Shown: positions 1 through 11,822, counted from the first letter of the stretch. The stretch: DNA of 64,000 bases from Eledone cirrhosa (GCA_964016885.1 OZ024758.1:26474001-26538000); one strand, 5' to 3'. The notes: generated from the letters alone by a model not told the origin. Translations and numbers: made by a program.

Positions 1-644
1 CTACAAAAATACAATAGTAGATATAGAGTAATGTAAATGCTAAGTGTTAAAACTCTTTCATCATAATTTTATGTGAACCTATATTTAGTTATGCCCCAAA
101 CACCATCATGGTGATGAGAAAGTTAGTTAGATTATTTGAAAATATTATGGGAATGTCTTTCATTAGAAATATGGTAACAAAGGGGGTTAAAATTATACAG
201 TCTTACCCCTCTCCCTTCTTGCTCACTTTCCTTCTCTGTCCCCTTTTGTGGCTTTTCGTGAGATGACATGAATGCTGAGCAAGTCTCTCTTAACATAAAG
301 TTGAACAGGCATTGCAGTAAGCAATATGTTTACAAATAACGATACAAAAATTTGATAAGCAAAATAATAGAAAAATGCAAATGAAATAATAAAGGAAAAA
401 CAGTAGAATTGCAAGAGGAAAATGAAGATTAGTGGAAAACAGCTTGAAAATATGATAAAAGCCTCTGTATTACAATACCATATTTTATAGATTCTACAGT
501 GCTAAGTGTATCTGCTATAGTGACAACAGTGTGTGTGTGGGGAGGGGGTCTGTATGAGCAGGTGTGTCTCTGAATGCCTGTGTGTGCATATCTCTGTGTG
601 TGTCTGTGCATATGTGTGTGTGTGTCTCTCTCTCGGTGTATGTC

Positions 645-677
<33 letters not shown>

Positions 678-1327
678 CTGTATGTGTGTGTATGCACATG
701 CATCTCTAATGAAAGCAAGAATCCAGCTTTAGATAAATACATTAAGCAACAGAATATTTCAATGAAATGCAGTTGGTAGAATAGGATGAATGGATCTTGT
801 TTTTGCAGAGTGACTTTAATGGCACTATAGATATATATGTCACTTGTGTAGACTTATAGATGTTTATTGCATACTGATCTCTAATGGTTTCTTTCAACTG
901 TCTTAGTTTCCTATTTAGCGGCATGCATATGGTGTCCTATGATGTTGGTTTGTTCCTGATGATATCAAAGAAACTATACAGTAACAGGTCTTTTATTCAA
1001 CAATAGCCTTACTATGTAACACTTTCAGAATATGGTTAGGCTTCATATAGATCAGAGGTTCTCAAAGTGGGTGCTCTACCCACCCACTGCCTGGGGGGGG
1101 GGGGGTGTTGAGAAGGTATATGGGGGACGGTAGAGATGAAGTAATAGTATACAGCTAAAATTCCGTTATAACGAATACCATTATAACATTTTTCAGTATA
1201 ACATTTTTTTCAATCCCCGACACTTGATTTGTTTTGGTCGATCTCATTATAAAGAATGTTTTTTTTTATCTCCCAAGCTTAATGAATCCCAAACCACATT
1301 GTTTGATTTGTCCCTTTTTTTTTAAAT

Positions 1328-1540
1328 TTAACCCTTTAGCATTTAAACTGGCCATATCCAGCCAGAATTCTCTCACCATTTTCTGTTCAAACCAGCTGTA
1401 ACTAGCTACTCATACTTATTTTAAGGTATTGTTCTCAAAATAAATATCAAAATCTCGTAGATTCAATATTATGTGAGATAAAGCCTTTACTGTGAAAATA
1501 TAATGGTAAATATAGGGTAATGTAAATGGTAAAGGGTTAA
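1328..1540. mobile_element. piggyBac-type MITE (~210 bp; further copies 28550-28752, 40527-40732, 59466-60073, 59781-59983, 62819-63046, 63043-63262)
   Basis: TTAA|CCCTTTAGCATTTA ... TAAATG(C/G)TAAAGGG|TTAA termini. Confidence 0.85.
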
Positions 1541-1884
1541 AGACTGTAAGTAATGTGTGGCCAGTGGAATAACAAAAAATACTCCAGTGTCCAGGAGTAA
1601 AAACACTTTTGGTTCCCACCTTAATTTAACACATAAGCCAGAGAAAGTTTTGTACCTCATGATTTGTGCACCTGGGAGCAACTGCCCCACCCCTCCAGAC
1701 CTCATTGCTATACCCACTATGTAGTAAAATATCCCTGTCAGGTTGTCTTTAATTATTTTACAAGGGAATTTATTTACATTGCATTTTTAAATGCAGACCC
1801 AGATCACACAAGAAAACATAGGATATATGCTTAGTACATACATATGTGGTATCTATCTATATGCAAGTGTCACTGCTGTAGATC

Positions 1885-2680
1885 ATCATTTTACGTCTGC
1901 TTTTCCCTGCTTGCAAGGGTGGGACGGCAACTGATTCTGGCTTGATTTCTACAGCTGGATGCCCTTCCTAACACCAACCTCATTTACAGTGAGTGCTGGG
2001 TGCTTTTTTGCCGTAGCACCTCCATGATCACTTTACAGTGAGTGCTGGGTGCTTTTTTGCCGTGGCACCTCCATGATCACTTTACACTGAGTGCTGGGTG
2101 CTTTTTTGCCGTGGCACCTCCACGACCACTTTGCAGTGGAATGATAGGGACCCCAGTCCCTATCATCTCATTTCTAAAGCTGAGTAAACTGGAGCAATAT
2201 GCTTAGTACATACATATGTGGTATCTATCTATATGCAAGTGTCACTGCTGTAGATCATCATTTTACGTCTGCTTTTCCCTGCTTGCAAGGGTGGGACGGC
2301 AACTGATTCTGGCTTGATTTCTACAGCTGGATGCCCTTCCTAACACCAACCTCATTTACAGTGAGTGCTGGGTGCTTTTTTGCCGTAGCACCTCCATGAT
2401 CACTTTACAGTGAGTGCTGGGTGCTTTTTTGCCGTGGCACCTCCATGATCACTTTACACTGAGTGCTGGGTGCTTTTTTGCCGTGGCACCTCCACGACCA
2501 CTTTGCAGTGGAATGATAGGGACCCCCAGTCCCTATCATCTCATTTCTAAAGCTGAGTAAACTGGAGCAATGTGAAATAAAGTCTTGCTCAAGGAAACAA
2601 CACATCACCCGGTCTGAGAATTGAACTCACAACCTTTCGATTGCAAGCCCAATGCTCTAACCACTAAGCCATGTGCCTCC
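1885..2680 (-). mobile_element. SINE family A (tRNA head + CORE-like domain + RTE tail) within a 372-bp tandem duplication
   Basis: Head GGAGGCACATGGCTTAGTGGTTAGAGC (A box) and GAGTTCAATTCTC (B box). Block 1826-2197 is repeated at 2198-2570. Confidence 0.85.
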
Positions 2681-2715
2681 AGCACATACACTTACATATA
2701 GATAGATGGCACAAA

Positions 2716-2795
2716 TACAGAGTGTCCCCCAAAAAATGTATACACTTCAACAGCATTATAATCAAGGTGTGTATACATTTTTGGGGACAGCCTGT
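2716..2795. mobile_element. Tc1/mariner-type MITE (related copy 7566-7677)
   Basis: TA|CAGAGTGTCCCC..AAAATGTATACAC ... GTGTATACATTTTTGGGGACAGCCTG|TA. Confidence 0.7.
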
Positions 2796-2929
2796 ATGTC
2801 ACATAATACAGCTACATTATATAACTAGGGGTAGATATTTCATTATCCAATATAGCATGTCAAGATTCCATATTGCTAAAGTTGTGAAATTGATTGGATC
2901 AGTAGTTGCTAGAAAATCAGTGATGTACC

Positions 2930-3275
2930 TGTTTGTGTGTGTTTGTTTTTGTGTTTCTGAGTGTGTGTGTGTCTCTGTGTGTTTGTCTGTCTTTGTTTGT
3001 GTGTGTGTATGCCTGTCTATCTATGTCTGTTTGTGTGTGTATGCCTGTCTGTATGTGTGTGTTTGTTTGTGTTTATGTCTGTATGTGTGTTTGTTTGTGT
3101 GTATGTCTGTATGTGTGTCTGTATGTGTGTTTGTTTGTGTGTATGTCTGTATGTGTGCTTGTTTGTCTGTGTGTGTGTGTATTCATGTGTCTGTCTGTCT
3201 GTGTTTGTTTGTTTGTGTGTGTATATGTATGTGTCTGTCTGGCTGTGTGTGTGTATGTATGTGTGTTTGTGTGTA

Positions 3276-3306
<31 letters not shown>

Positions 3307-3362
3307 ATGTGTGTATGTATGTGTTTGTCTGTCTGTCTATGTGTGTTTGTGTGTGTCTGTGT
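2930..3362. repeat. Degenerate (GT/GTCT/GTAT)n microsatellite
   Basis: Direct reading. It is the source of the spurious Cys/Val ORFs. Confidence 0.95.
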
Positions 3363-3581
3363 AGTGCAATAACAAGAAATGGGAAAGTTCTATATCGGTA
3401 GAAGAGCTACTATGTATTTACATAACGGTGACAACACATTATGATGATTTCAAATGAATGAAACAGTTCTAGTCCTGTAAAAGTAAGTCATTTTCATGAA
3501 ATGAATTTGTAGCTTCCCTACTAATGTGATGGGTGTTATTAAACTGTTTTTTTCTGTTCCTTTTAGGAAAGCCATTCTTGA

Positions 3582-3615
<34 letters not shown>

Positions 3616-3654
3616 TTGGAAATCCAACAAATATAAATCATCATCATCATCATC

Positions 3655-3981
3655 ATCATTTTACGTCCGCTTTTCCCTGCTTGCAAGGGTGGGACGGGAA
3701 TTGATTCTGGCTTGATTTCTACAGCTGGATGCCCTTCCTAACACCAACCTCATTTACAGTGAGTGCTGGGTGCTTTTTTGCCGTGGCACCTCCACGACCA
3801 CTTTACAGTGGAATGATAGGGATCCCAGTCCCTATCATCTCATTTCTACAGCTGAGTAAACTGGAGCAATGTGAAATAAAGTGTCTTGCTCAAGGAAACA
3901 ACACATCACTCGGTCTGAGAATTGAACTCACAACCTTTCTATTGCAAGGCCAATGCTCTAACCACTGAGCCATGTGCCTCC
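3655..3981 (-). mobile_element. SINE family A copy
   Basis: Full ~325-bp copy with (TCA)n tail on the plus strand. Confidence 0.9.
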
Positions 3982-4057
3982 ATCCCACCATAACCAATCA
4001 GTTATACATGTTTATAACTGATTTAGAGCACTCAACAGACTGGAGTAAAAATTCAAT

Positions 4058-4400
4058 GATATTAAATAAATGGAAACTATAGTTATAAAACCATATTTAT
4101 TTTATTATATATATTTCAAGGGTACCAAAAGACTTTGGTATGCTTTCTTCAGATAAAATACAAAATTTGTTTTATAAATAGAGACATACCCAGGAAAGTC
4201 ATACCTTATCAGTTGGATATTCTCTGAATATCTCTCCAGAGAATATCCAACTGATAAGGTATGATTTTCTTGGGTATGTCTCTATTTATAAAACAAATTT
4301 TGTATTTTATCTCAAGAAAGCGTACCAAAGTCCTTGAAGTATATATAATAAAATAAATATGGTTTTATAAATATAGTTTCCATTTATTTAATATCATTAT
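4058..4400. repeat. Fold-back inverted repeat (~170-bp arms)
   Basis: Arms centred near 4231 (..GGATATTCTCTG / CAGAGAATATCC..), with a few substitutions and a small deletion in the right arm. Confidence 0.9.
4098..4160 (-). ncRNA. Minimal type I hammerhead ribozyme motif
   Basis: tattttat-CTGAAGA-aagcataccaaagtcttttggtaccctt-GAAA-tatata-TA-ataaaata, with a perfect 8-bp stem I. Confidence 0.75.
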
Positions 4401-4918
4401 ATATATATTGTTATACTTGGGGAGGGTCATATTTGTGTAATATTGCCAGAATTAATAACAGAACACACTCACGGTTTGGTTGGTTTTCGCTTTTCGATTC
4501 TGTCTCTTTTATATCGGTTAATTTAATTTATTCAGTCCTCAATGTTGCCATTGACTGACCAACGGTCAAAAATACAGATACAATATAGACACAAACACAT
4601 ATATAAAGTTCTTTCGTTGCACATCTGCAACATCGTCAGTGGTGCTATTGTTTCCTCCCATTGCATTGTATTTTCTACGCCATCTTTATTTAGTCTGTTT
4701 ATATATTTATTTATTTGTTTATTTTGTCTTCTTTGCGCATGCGTTTGCGTGTGTGTATAGTGTTTTGTTTGATGTGTGTTCGTGATTGGGTGACTGTGTA
4801 TTGGTTAATGTATTCTATCTTTACTAGTGTGTGTTTATGTTTGTTGTTATTGTGCTTGTGTATGTATTTATTTATCTATTTATTTATACTTCTCTTAGGT
4901 CAGTGTTGTTTGTTTTGG

Positions 4919-4950
<32 letters not shown>

Positions 4951-4951
<1 letters not shown>

Positions 4952-5145
4952 ACAAAGGAAAAGTGGTAAGGAACCAGGTGGACCATAACGCACCAAAGTA
5001 CTCAATACTTAGGGTAGTAGAGTGGGTAATAGGAACGAGTAGGACCCCGACGGCTGAGCTCAAGCCGTTTCGACGGCTAATTCTGAATTAATTCAGAATT
5101 AGCCGTCGAAACGGTTTGAGCTCAGCCGCCGGAGTCCTACTCGTT

Positions 5146-5150
<5 letters not shown>
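4951..5150. mobile_element. Short interspersed TA-flanked repeat with terminal fold-back (further copies 9480-9620, 10358-10515, 10530-10647, 14030-14183, 15026-15120)
   Basis: Shared GTGGTAAGGAACCAG.TGGACCATAACGCACCA.AGTACTCAATA..GACCCCGACGGC.GAGCTCAAGCCGTTTCGACGGCTA. Palindromic end at 5032-5148. Probably PLE-tail derived. Confidence 0.65.
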
Positions 5151-5182
<32 letters not shown>

Positions 5183-5590
5183 TGTAAATGAAGTTGGCAT
5201 TAGGAAGAGCATCCAGCTGTAGAAACCAAGCCAAAATGAGTTCTGTATGAGCAAGATATGGTCTCCTGATCTAGCATTGCATTGCTCACAATAGGACACC
5301 TTGTCTAACCCATGCTAGTGTAGAAAATGGATGTAAAACGATGATGATAGAATAGGTGAAGGCACAGTATGTGATTACCATTTGAAACTATATGGTTCTA
5401 TGTTAAATCTACTGACTGTCACTTTAGGCAAGTATCTTCTACTGTATCCTTGAGGTGACAAATGCCTTATGGGGGGAATTTGGAAGACAAAAGACGTATA
5501 GTAGCTCATTGTGCATGTGTATCATTGTCATCTCATCATCACTGTTTAACGTCCATTTTCCACTCTAGCATGGGTTAGACAAGTTGTCCC

Positions 5591-5821
5591 TAGAGTGGGA
5601 TTTACGTATAAGCTAAACAAGCTATAGCTTAGGGCCCCCTCTTTCTTGGGGCCCCGAAAAAATTGAAAAAAAAACGGTGTGTACATTTCCAAAATATAAG
5701 ATAAAGAACTAAAATAATGCAATAGTTTTAAACAGTTTAACGTTTTGCAGTTTTTATAACATATAAAGGGCCCCATTATCTCAAATAGCTTAGGACATCA
5801 TCAAATCTAAATCTGGCCCTG
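5591..5821. mobile_element. hAT-type MITE
   Basis: 8-bp TSD GTTGTCCC (5583-5590, 5822-5829) and imperfect TIRs TAGAGTGGGATTTA / TAAATCTGGCCCTG. Confidence 0.7.
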
Positions 5822-7177
5822 GTTGTCCCATTGGGAAGCAAGTCAGATCAAGAGACTATGCCTTGCTCATACAGAGCTGTTTCTTGCTTTGTTTCTATGG
5901 CTGGACGCCCTTCCTAATGTCAACCACATTCACAGTGTGGACTGGGTGCTTTTTATCGTGGCACCAAAACAACCATCTGACAGGCTGGACTGGATACTTT
6001 TTCATCGTGTCACCAGCATGACGATTTTGCAGGGTGCACTGGGTACTATCATTGTCACTAACACGATCACTTCACAGTGTGGACTAACTAGGTGCTTTTT
6101 TGTCTTGTCACCAACACGACCACCTTACAGAGTGGACAAGGTACTTTTTGTTGTGTATTTATCATTTCTTTTTTTGTTGACTGAGGGGACAGCCAGGTGG
6201 TTCAAAAATTTGCTTCAAAATTGTCTCCAGTTCAGTCACACTGCATGGCAACTTTAGGAAAGTGTCTTTTAACATAGCCTCAGGTGTTTAGATGGAAATT
6301 CATCGAATGTATTGTATCTATAATTGAGAGGTGGTCTTGAAACCCTTGCTTACCAATACAGTGAATCGGTTCAGTTGATCAAACAATTGGGTGATTGATA
6401 CATTGTTCCTAACAGGTCAGGTTACTTTAAATCACACCCTACCATTTATTCCTAGGTATACTGTGTTAAATAACAAATACATGGATATATTAGATAAGGA
6501 AGGACTGCAAAGATAAACTAATAATTTTAAAAAATACAACTAACAGATTGCCTTTGGCCATAGGTCTGCTTGATCAGGGTTAATCTGGGGCTAATAAATA
6601 ATATCTAAACCTTCCATTTTCATAACTATTGGAGTCTGGAACACTTTCATGTTAAACATCCACTTAAAGGGTTCGAACCCAAACTCATTTTAAACGCACA
6701 TCCTTTGCCCCCTTCGAACATAATAGCAGACCTGTCAACTCTCCCCGTCTGACAGGGAGATCTCACCCACTTTGGGGTGGTTGAGAGATGTTTTCTCTGG
6801 TGAAAATGGATATAACTCTCGTTATGTAAAATCTCCCCATTTGGAGGCACCTTTTTTTAATGGTGCTCCCTCGTTTGCGTTTTTAGAGGTTGGCAGGTCT
6901 GCAAATAGCGAGAAAGCAGAAGTCTTTCTGTTCCACCAGCGAATAAATGATAAACATGGTAATGTTTTCTTCCTGATACGACAAAGCTAACGTTATGAAG
7001 GGAAGTGAAAGAGCAGATGAATTAACAATGGTTCTCTGTCTATTTGTGAATACGTGTCTATAGCTTTCTTCAATGTGAAAACCACACTTACTCACACTAA
7101 TGAAAATAAGTTTATGTATGTGCAACTTATCGTGGTTTGGAGAAAAGGTTTATCACTAAATATTCGTAATCATTATG

Positions 7178-7553
7178 TGTGGATTGGCAGTATCGGTAGA
7201 GGGTCGGACGCCATGCTTTCCAGCATAGTTACGTCCCTTTACGATCTGAGTTCAAATCCCGCCGAGGTTGACTTTGCCTTTCATCCTTACGGGGTCGATA
7301 AAATAAAGTACCAGTAATGCACTGGGATAATTGCTGGCCTTGTGCCTAAAGTAGAAACAATTATGTGTGAATTGGCAGTATCGGTAGAGGGTCGGACACC
7401 ATGCTTTGCAACACAGAGTTACGGTCCTTTACGGTCTGAGTTCAAATTCCGCCGAGGTTGACTTTGCCTTTCATCCTTACGGGGTCGATAAAATAAAGTA
7501 CCAGTAATGCATTGGGATAATTGCTGGCCTTGTGCCTAAAGTAGAAACAATTA
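7178..7553 (+). mobile_element. Two tandem SINE family B copies (tRNA head + Meta-like domain, ~190 bp)
   Basis: TGGCAGTATCGGTAGAG (A box), GAGTTCAAATCCC (B box), GCCTTTCATCCTTACGGGGTCGATAAAATAAAGTACCAG, tail GCTGGCCTTGTGCCTAAAGTAGAAAC. Confidence 0.85.
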
Positions 7554-8069
7554 TGTGCGCATATATACAGTGTCCCCCCCCAAAAAAAAAATGTATACAC
7601 ACTTCAACAGCATTCTAATAAATATTGCCTGTACAGGTAATGAACTTGTGAATACATACTTGGAGGGACACCCTGTATTTATGACACACACGCATATATA
7701 TATACATATATAGACAGACATATATATATATATGCGCACGCTCACACATACACACTTTGTTGGACCTCCGTGGGTTCCGACGAGTGTTCTAGCTGAAGTA
7801 ATCAACCGAGCGCCCTGTTCATGAAATTAAGTGGCTGAGCATTCTACAGACACGAGCGCCCTTAAGCCAATGTGCGACGAAACCAACCCCTCTGAATTTT
7901 TTCCAGCTGTGTGGACTGGAGCAAAGTGAAGTAGTTCTTGCTTAAGGACATAACGCTCCACCCAGTCCGGGAATCGAACTCACGATCATGAGTCCAGCAC
8001 CCTAACCACTACGACACGCGTCTGAACAATACATATATAGGCATATATTTAAAAAGTACACACACGCAC

Positions 8070-8104
<35 letters not shown>

Positions 8105-9248
8105 CAAAAAGAGATCGATATATAATATAACGATCATGCGGTTCTATGACCGTTCAACTGAAGCTAAAAATCCAACACCTCGGAGCGCTTGCACACTGCC
8201 AATATCATAGGAGAGCCCCCCTCCCACACACACACACACATACACATATATATATGCATACAGATACATATAGGCATACATTATATAATATGCACACCCT
8301 TTCCATTCTGAGTTCAAATCCCGTCGAGGTTAACTTTGCCTTTCATCCTTACGGGGTCGATAAAATAAAGTACCAGTAATGCACTGGATAATTGCTGGCC
8401 TTGTGCGCACACAACACACACATATATAAACAATTATATATCATGCACACACACACACGCACACATATATAGAAACATCCATACATATACATGCATTCAT
8501 GCATACACACACAAACACGCACGAAATCTATGTGTATATGCATGCATTGCTTGTATTAAGATAGCAAGTGGTTGTTAGCAGGTGGCCGAGAAAACTATTT
8601 GTTACTAAGATTTTTTTTCTTTTATTATTATATTTAAGTGTCGTATAATATATATATCAAGGGCGGTGCCCCAGCATGGCCTCAGCCGGATGGCTGGTAA
8701 AAGTAAAAGAATATACATTTATATACGCATGAACACAGAAATTATTATGGCAGTGATTGTGAAAGTGTATGTCTGTTGTTTAAATGTACACATGTTTTAG
8801 AATCTGTATGATGCACGTAAAAAAAAAAAATTTTTAAAAAAAGTAAATGTATATACCATATCTCCAATGTTTTAAAACATTATGTGAACACACGTACATA
8901 TATACACACGTACATTGAGGTGGACGGGGTCATATCAGACCCACCAAAGATTGTACTGTTTGTTGTGCGGGAGCTCGTTGCCTATATATCAGTGGGTGGC
9001 CCCGAGTAGCTCTGGTGTCGCGGTGAAAGGGGCTAAAACACCTACAGTTACTTCACCGCCTGACAAGATATCGGTTCAAGCATTTCGGATTCGGAGTACA
9101 GCTGCACCCTCAACTCAGATATGTGTCTACCAAGCGTACACACACATAATTATATGTATATATATATATGTATGTATATATATATGTATATATATATATA
9201 TATATATACGATATTAACAAATGGAAACTATATTTATAAAACCATATT

Positions 9249-9313
9249 TATTTCATTATACATATTTCAAGGACACCAAGTTAAATTATGGTGTGCTTTC
9301 ATCAGACAAAATA
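9249..9313 (-). ncRNA. Minimal type I hammerhead ribozyme motif
   Basis: tattttgt-CTGATGA-aagcacacc..ggtgtcctt-GAAA-tatgta-TA-atgaaata. Confidence 0.7.
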
Positions 9314-9620
9314 TAATATAGATCAGTTTTATAAATAAATATTGACATACCCTTAAAAAATGCAACCATTACTGTTGGAAGCTCCCGGATAGTGGAGTTG
9401 TTTACTTATATTATTATTAGTAGTGGATATTTTTATTTTTTAAATAAGCCGTTGGGTTAGATATATATATATATATAATCAGTCAGGACCCCGACGGCTG
9501 AGCTCTTGCCGTTTCAACAGCTAAGTTCCTGATTCATTCTTATAACCATACTCTACTACTCCAAGTATTGAGTACTCTGGTAAACCTACAGTAACTGGAC
9601 GTTACAATTCTTCTCTATCG

Positions 9621-9664
<44 letters not shown>

Positions 9665-9756
9665 CAAAGATTAGTATGGTTCGTTGATTATTCAACGAAT
9701 ACAGTTTTACAATAGATTAGAAGCACTCGACAGTAAAAGTTTTCCTGGAGTTTTTA

Positions 9757-10045
9757 ATATTATTCGAAATGTTAACAAATGAAAAATATTCGCATAATCA
9801 AAATATATACTTTATTATATATATTTCAAAGGTAGTGTGTTGTTTTTTCAGTACGTCCTCATCAGACAAAATACTGTACGTCCTCATCACACTGCCAATA
9901 CTGGAATTGTATAATCAAGATCGTAGCGGTATGTCGTATATCAAATCATATATTTTGTCTGATGAGGACCTACTGAAAAAACAACACAGTACCTTTGAAA
10001 TATATATTTTGATTATGCGAATATTTTTCATTTGTTAACATTTCG

Positions 10046-10050
<5 letters not shown>
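9757..10050. repeat. Fold-back inverted repeat (~100-bp arms, ~75-bp spacer)
   Basis: TATTATTCGAAATGTTAACAAATG... is mirrored at 9951-10050. Confidence 0.85.
9808..9873 (-). ncRNA. Minimal type I hammerhead ribozyme motif (partner at 9951-10008 has lost the stem I 3' strand)
   Basis: tattttgt-CTGATGA-ggacgtactg..cactaccttt-GAAA-tatata-TA-ataaagta. Confidence 0.65.
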
Positions 10051-10113
<63 letters not shown>

Positions 10114-10163
10114 GATATTAAACGATATTAAATAAATGGAAACTATATTTATAAAACCATATT

Positions 10164-10229
10164 TATTTCATTATATATATTTCAGGGATATCATATTAAA
10201 AATATGGTATGCCTTCTTCAGACAAAATA
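10164..10229 (-). ncRNA. Minimal type I hammerhead ribozyme motif
   Basis: tattttgt-CTGAAGA-aggcataccatatt..aatatgatatccct-GAAA-tatata-TA-atgaaata. Confidence 0.7.
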
Positions 10230-10711
10230 CAATATAAACAGTCTTATAAATAGATAGATTTGACATACCTTTCAACTTCAACTTCCATTTAAAAAGTTGA
10301 TTTGGTAGTGAAAAAATATATATTCCTCCGTTTTATATATATATATATATATATATATAACGAAGGAATTGTGGTAAGGAACCAGATGGACCATAACGCA
10401 CCAGAGTACTCAATAATTAGGGTAGTAATAGGAAAAAGAATGACCCCGACGGCTATTTCCAGAAATAGCCGTCGAAACGGCTTGAGCTCTGCCGTCGGGG
10501 TCATACTTTTTCCTATATATATATATATAACAAAGAAAGTGTGGTAAGAAACTAGGTTGACCATAACGCACCAGTGTACTCGATACGTTCGGATCTAGCT
10601 GTCGAAACGACCGGAGCTCAGCCGTCGGGGTCCTGATTCTTTTCCTATATATATATATATATATATATACAATATTAAATAAATGGAAAACTATATTTAT
10701 AAAACCATATT

Positions 10712-10777
10712 TATTTCATTATATATATTTCGGGGATATCATATTAACAATATGCTATGCCTTCATCAGACAAAATA
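10712..10777 (-). ncRNA. Minimal type I hammerhead motif, left arm of perfect fold-back
   Basis: Exact reverse complement of 10933-10998. Confidence 0.72.
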
Positions 10778-10932
10778 CAATATAAACAGTTTTATAGATA
10801 AATATATTCGACATACCGTAATAAACATCAACTTCATTTGAAGAGGTTTACTGCTAGCGTAAACCTCTTCAAATGAAGTTGATGTTTATTACGGTATGTC
10901 GAATATATTTATCTATAAAACTGTTTATATTG

Positions 10933-10998
10933 TATTTTGTCTGATGAAGGCATAGCATATTGTTAATATGATATCCCCGAAATATATATAATGAAATA
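10933..10998 (+). ncRNA. Minimal type I hammerhead motif, right arm of perfect fold-back
   Basis: tattttgt-CTGATGA-aggcatagcatatt..aatatgatatcccc-GAAA-tatata-TA-atgaaata. Confidence 0.72.
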
Positions 10999-11126
10999 AA
11001 TATGGTTTTATAAATATAGTTTTCCATTTATTTAATATTGTAAATATACTCCAAATATTTGTCGAGTGCTTTTATATCAGTTATAAATATTTACTAGTTG
11101 TAACCCAACAATTTTAAATATAACTT

Positions 11127-11169
<43 letters not shown>

Positions 11170-11183
11170 CTCGTGACAACGAG

Positions 11184-11218
<35 letters not shown>

Positions 11219-11287
11219 GGAAAAAATGAAACGAAATTTCATTTCCCACTCTTAGTACGGCTGTTACTTAAATATCAGTATGTATAC

Positions 11288-11775
11288 GTACATACATATA
11301 TGTATACAGACGTACAGTAGTATGTATATATATATATACATACATGCACACACATGTATATATGTACGTATGGATTCACCGAACATTTATTATAATGCTC
11401 GGTGTGTTTGTAAACAAACATCCCGTATTAAGCCGTAGTGTCGATATGCAAATTGGGCTACTCGGCCGTTAATATGCATAAGGTCAGTATATACGTTCAA
11501 CAATCTGGCAGGAAGGTATACGTTGCTGACGATAGCTAATAAGCTTGAAACTAGTATAGCGTTCCTTTGTCAGTGTTGAACAAACGAGCAGCGATGGTTG
11601 CTGGACACTGTACGGCTTAATACGGGATGTTTGTTTACAAACACACCGAGCATTATAATAAATGTTCGGTGAATCCATACGTACATATATATATGTGTGC
11701 ATGCATGTATGTATGTATGTATGTATGTATGTATGTACATACTACTGTACGTCTGTATACATATATGTATGTACG
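11288..11775. repeat. Inverted repeat flanking a unique ~170-bp spacer
   Basis: TATGTACGTATGGATTCACCGAAC...TTAAGCCGTA is mirrored at about 11610-11690, and the microsatellite-like flanks are also mirrored. Confidence 0.85.
11520..11562 (+). ncRNA. Compact type I hammerhead motif
   Basis: acgttg-CTGACGA-tagctaataagctt-GAAA-ctag-TA-tagcgt. Stem II is agct/agct and stem III is the palindrome ACTAGT. Confidence 0.65.
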
Positions 11776-11783
11776 TGTACATA

Positions 11784-11822
<39 letters not shown>

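Larger units (their letters stand above)
10668..11042. repeat. Perfect palindrome, 184-bp arms with 7-nt loop
   Basis: Arms 10668-10851 and 10859-11042, loop TGCTAGC. Confidence 0.95.

Noticed and set aside
2671-3401. Cys/Val-rich ORFs (also the Tyr/Ile ORFs at 11.9-13.1 kb and Val/Thr ORFs at 41.9-42.6 kb)
   Set aside because: Microsatellite translations.
3729-3968. Recurrent 79-aa ORF MPFLTPTSFTV.. in many copies
   Set aside because: Antisense reading of SINE family A, not a gene family.
4440-4700. CpG-richer stretch with a YY1-like CGCCATCTT, possible promoter
   Set aside because: A single short motif with no linked transcript evidence.
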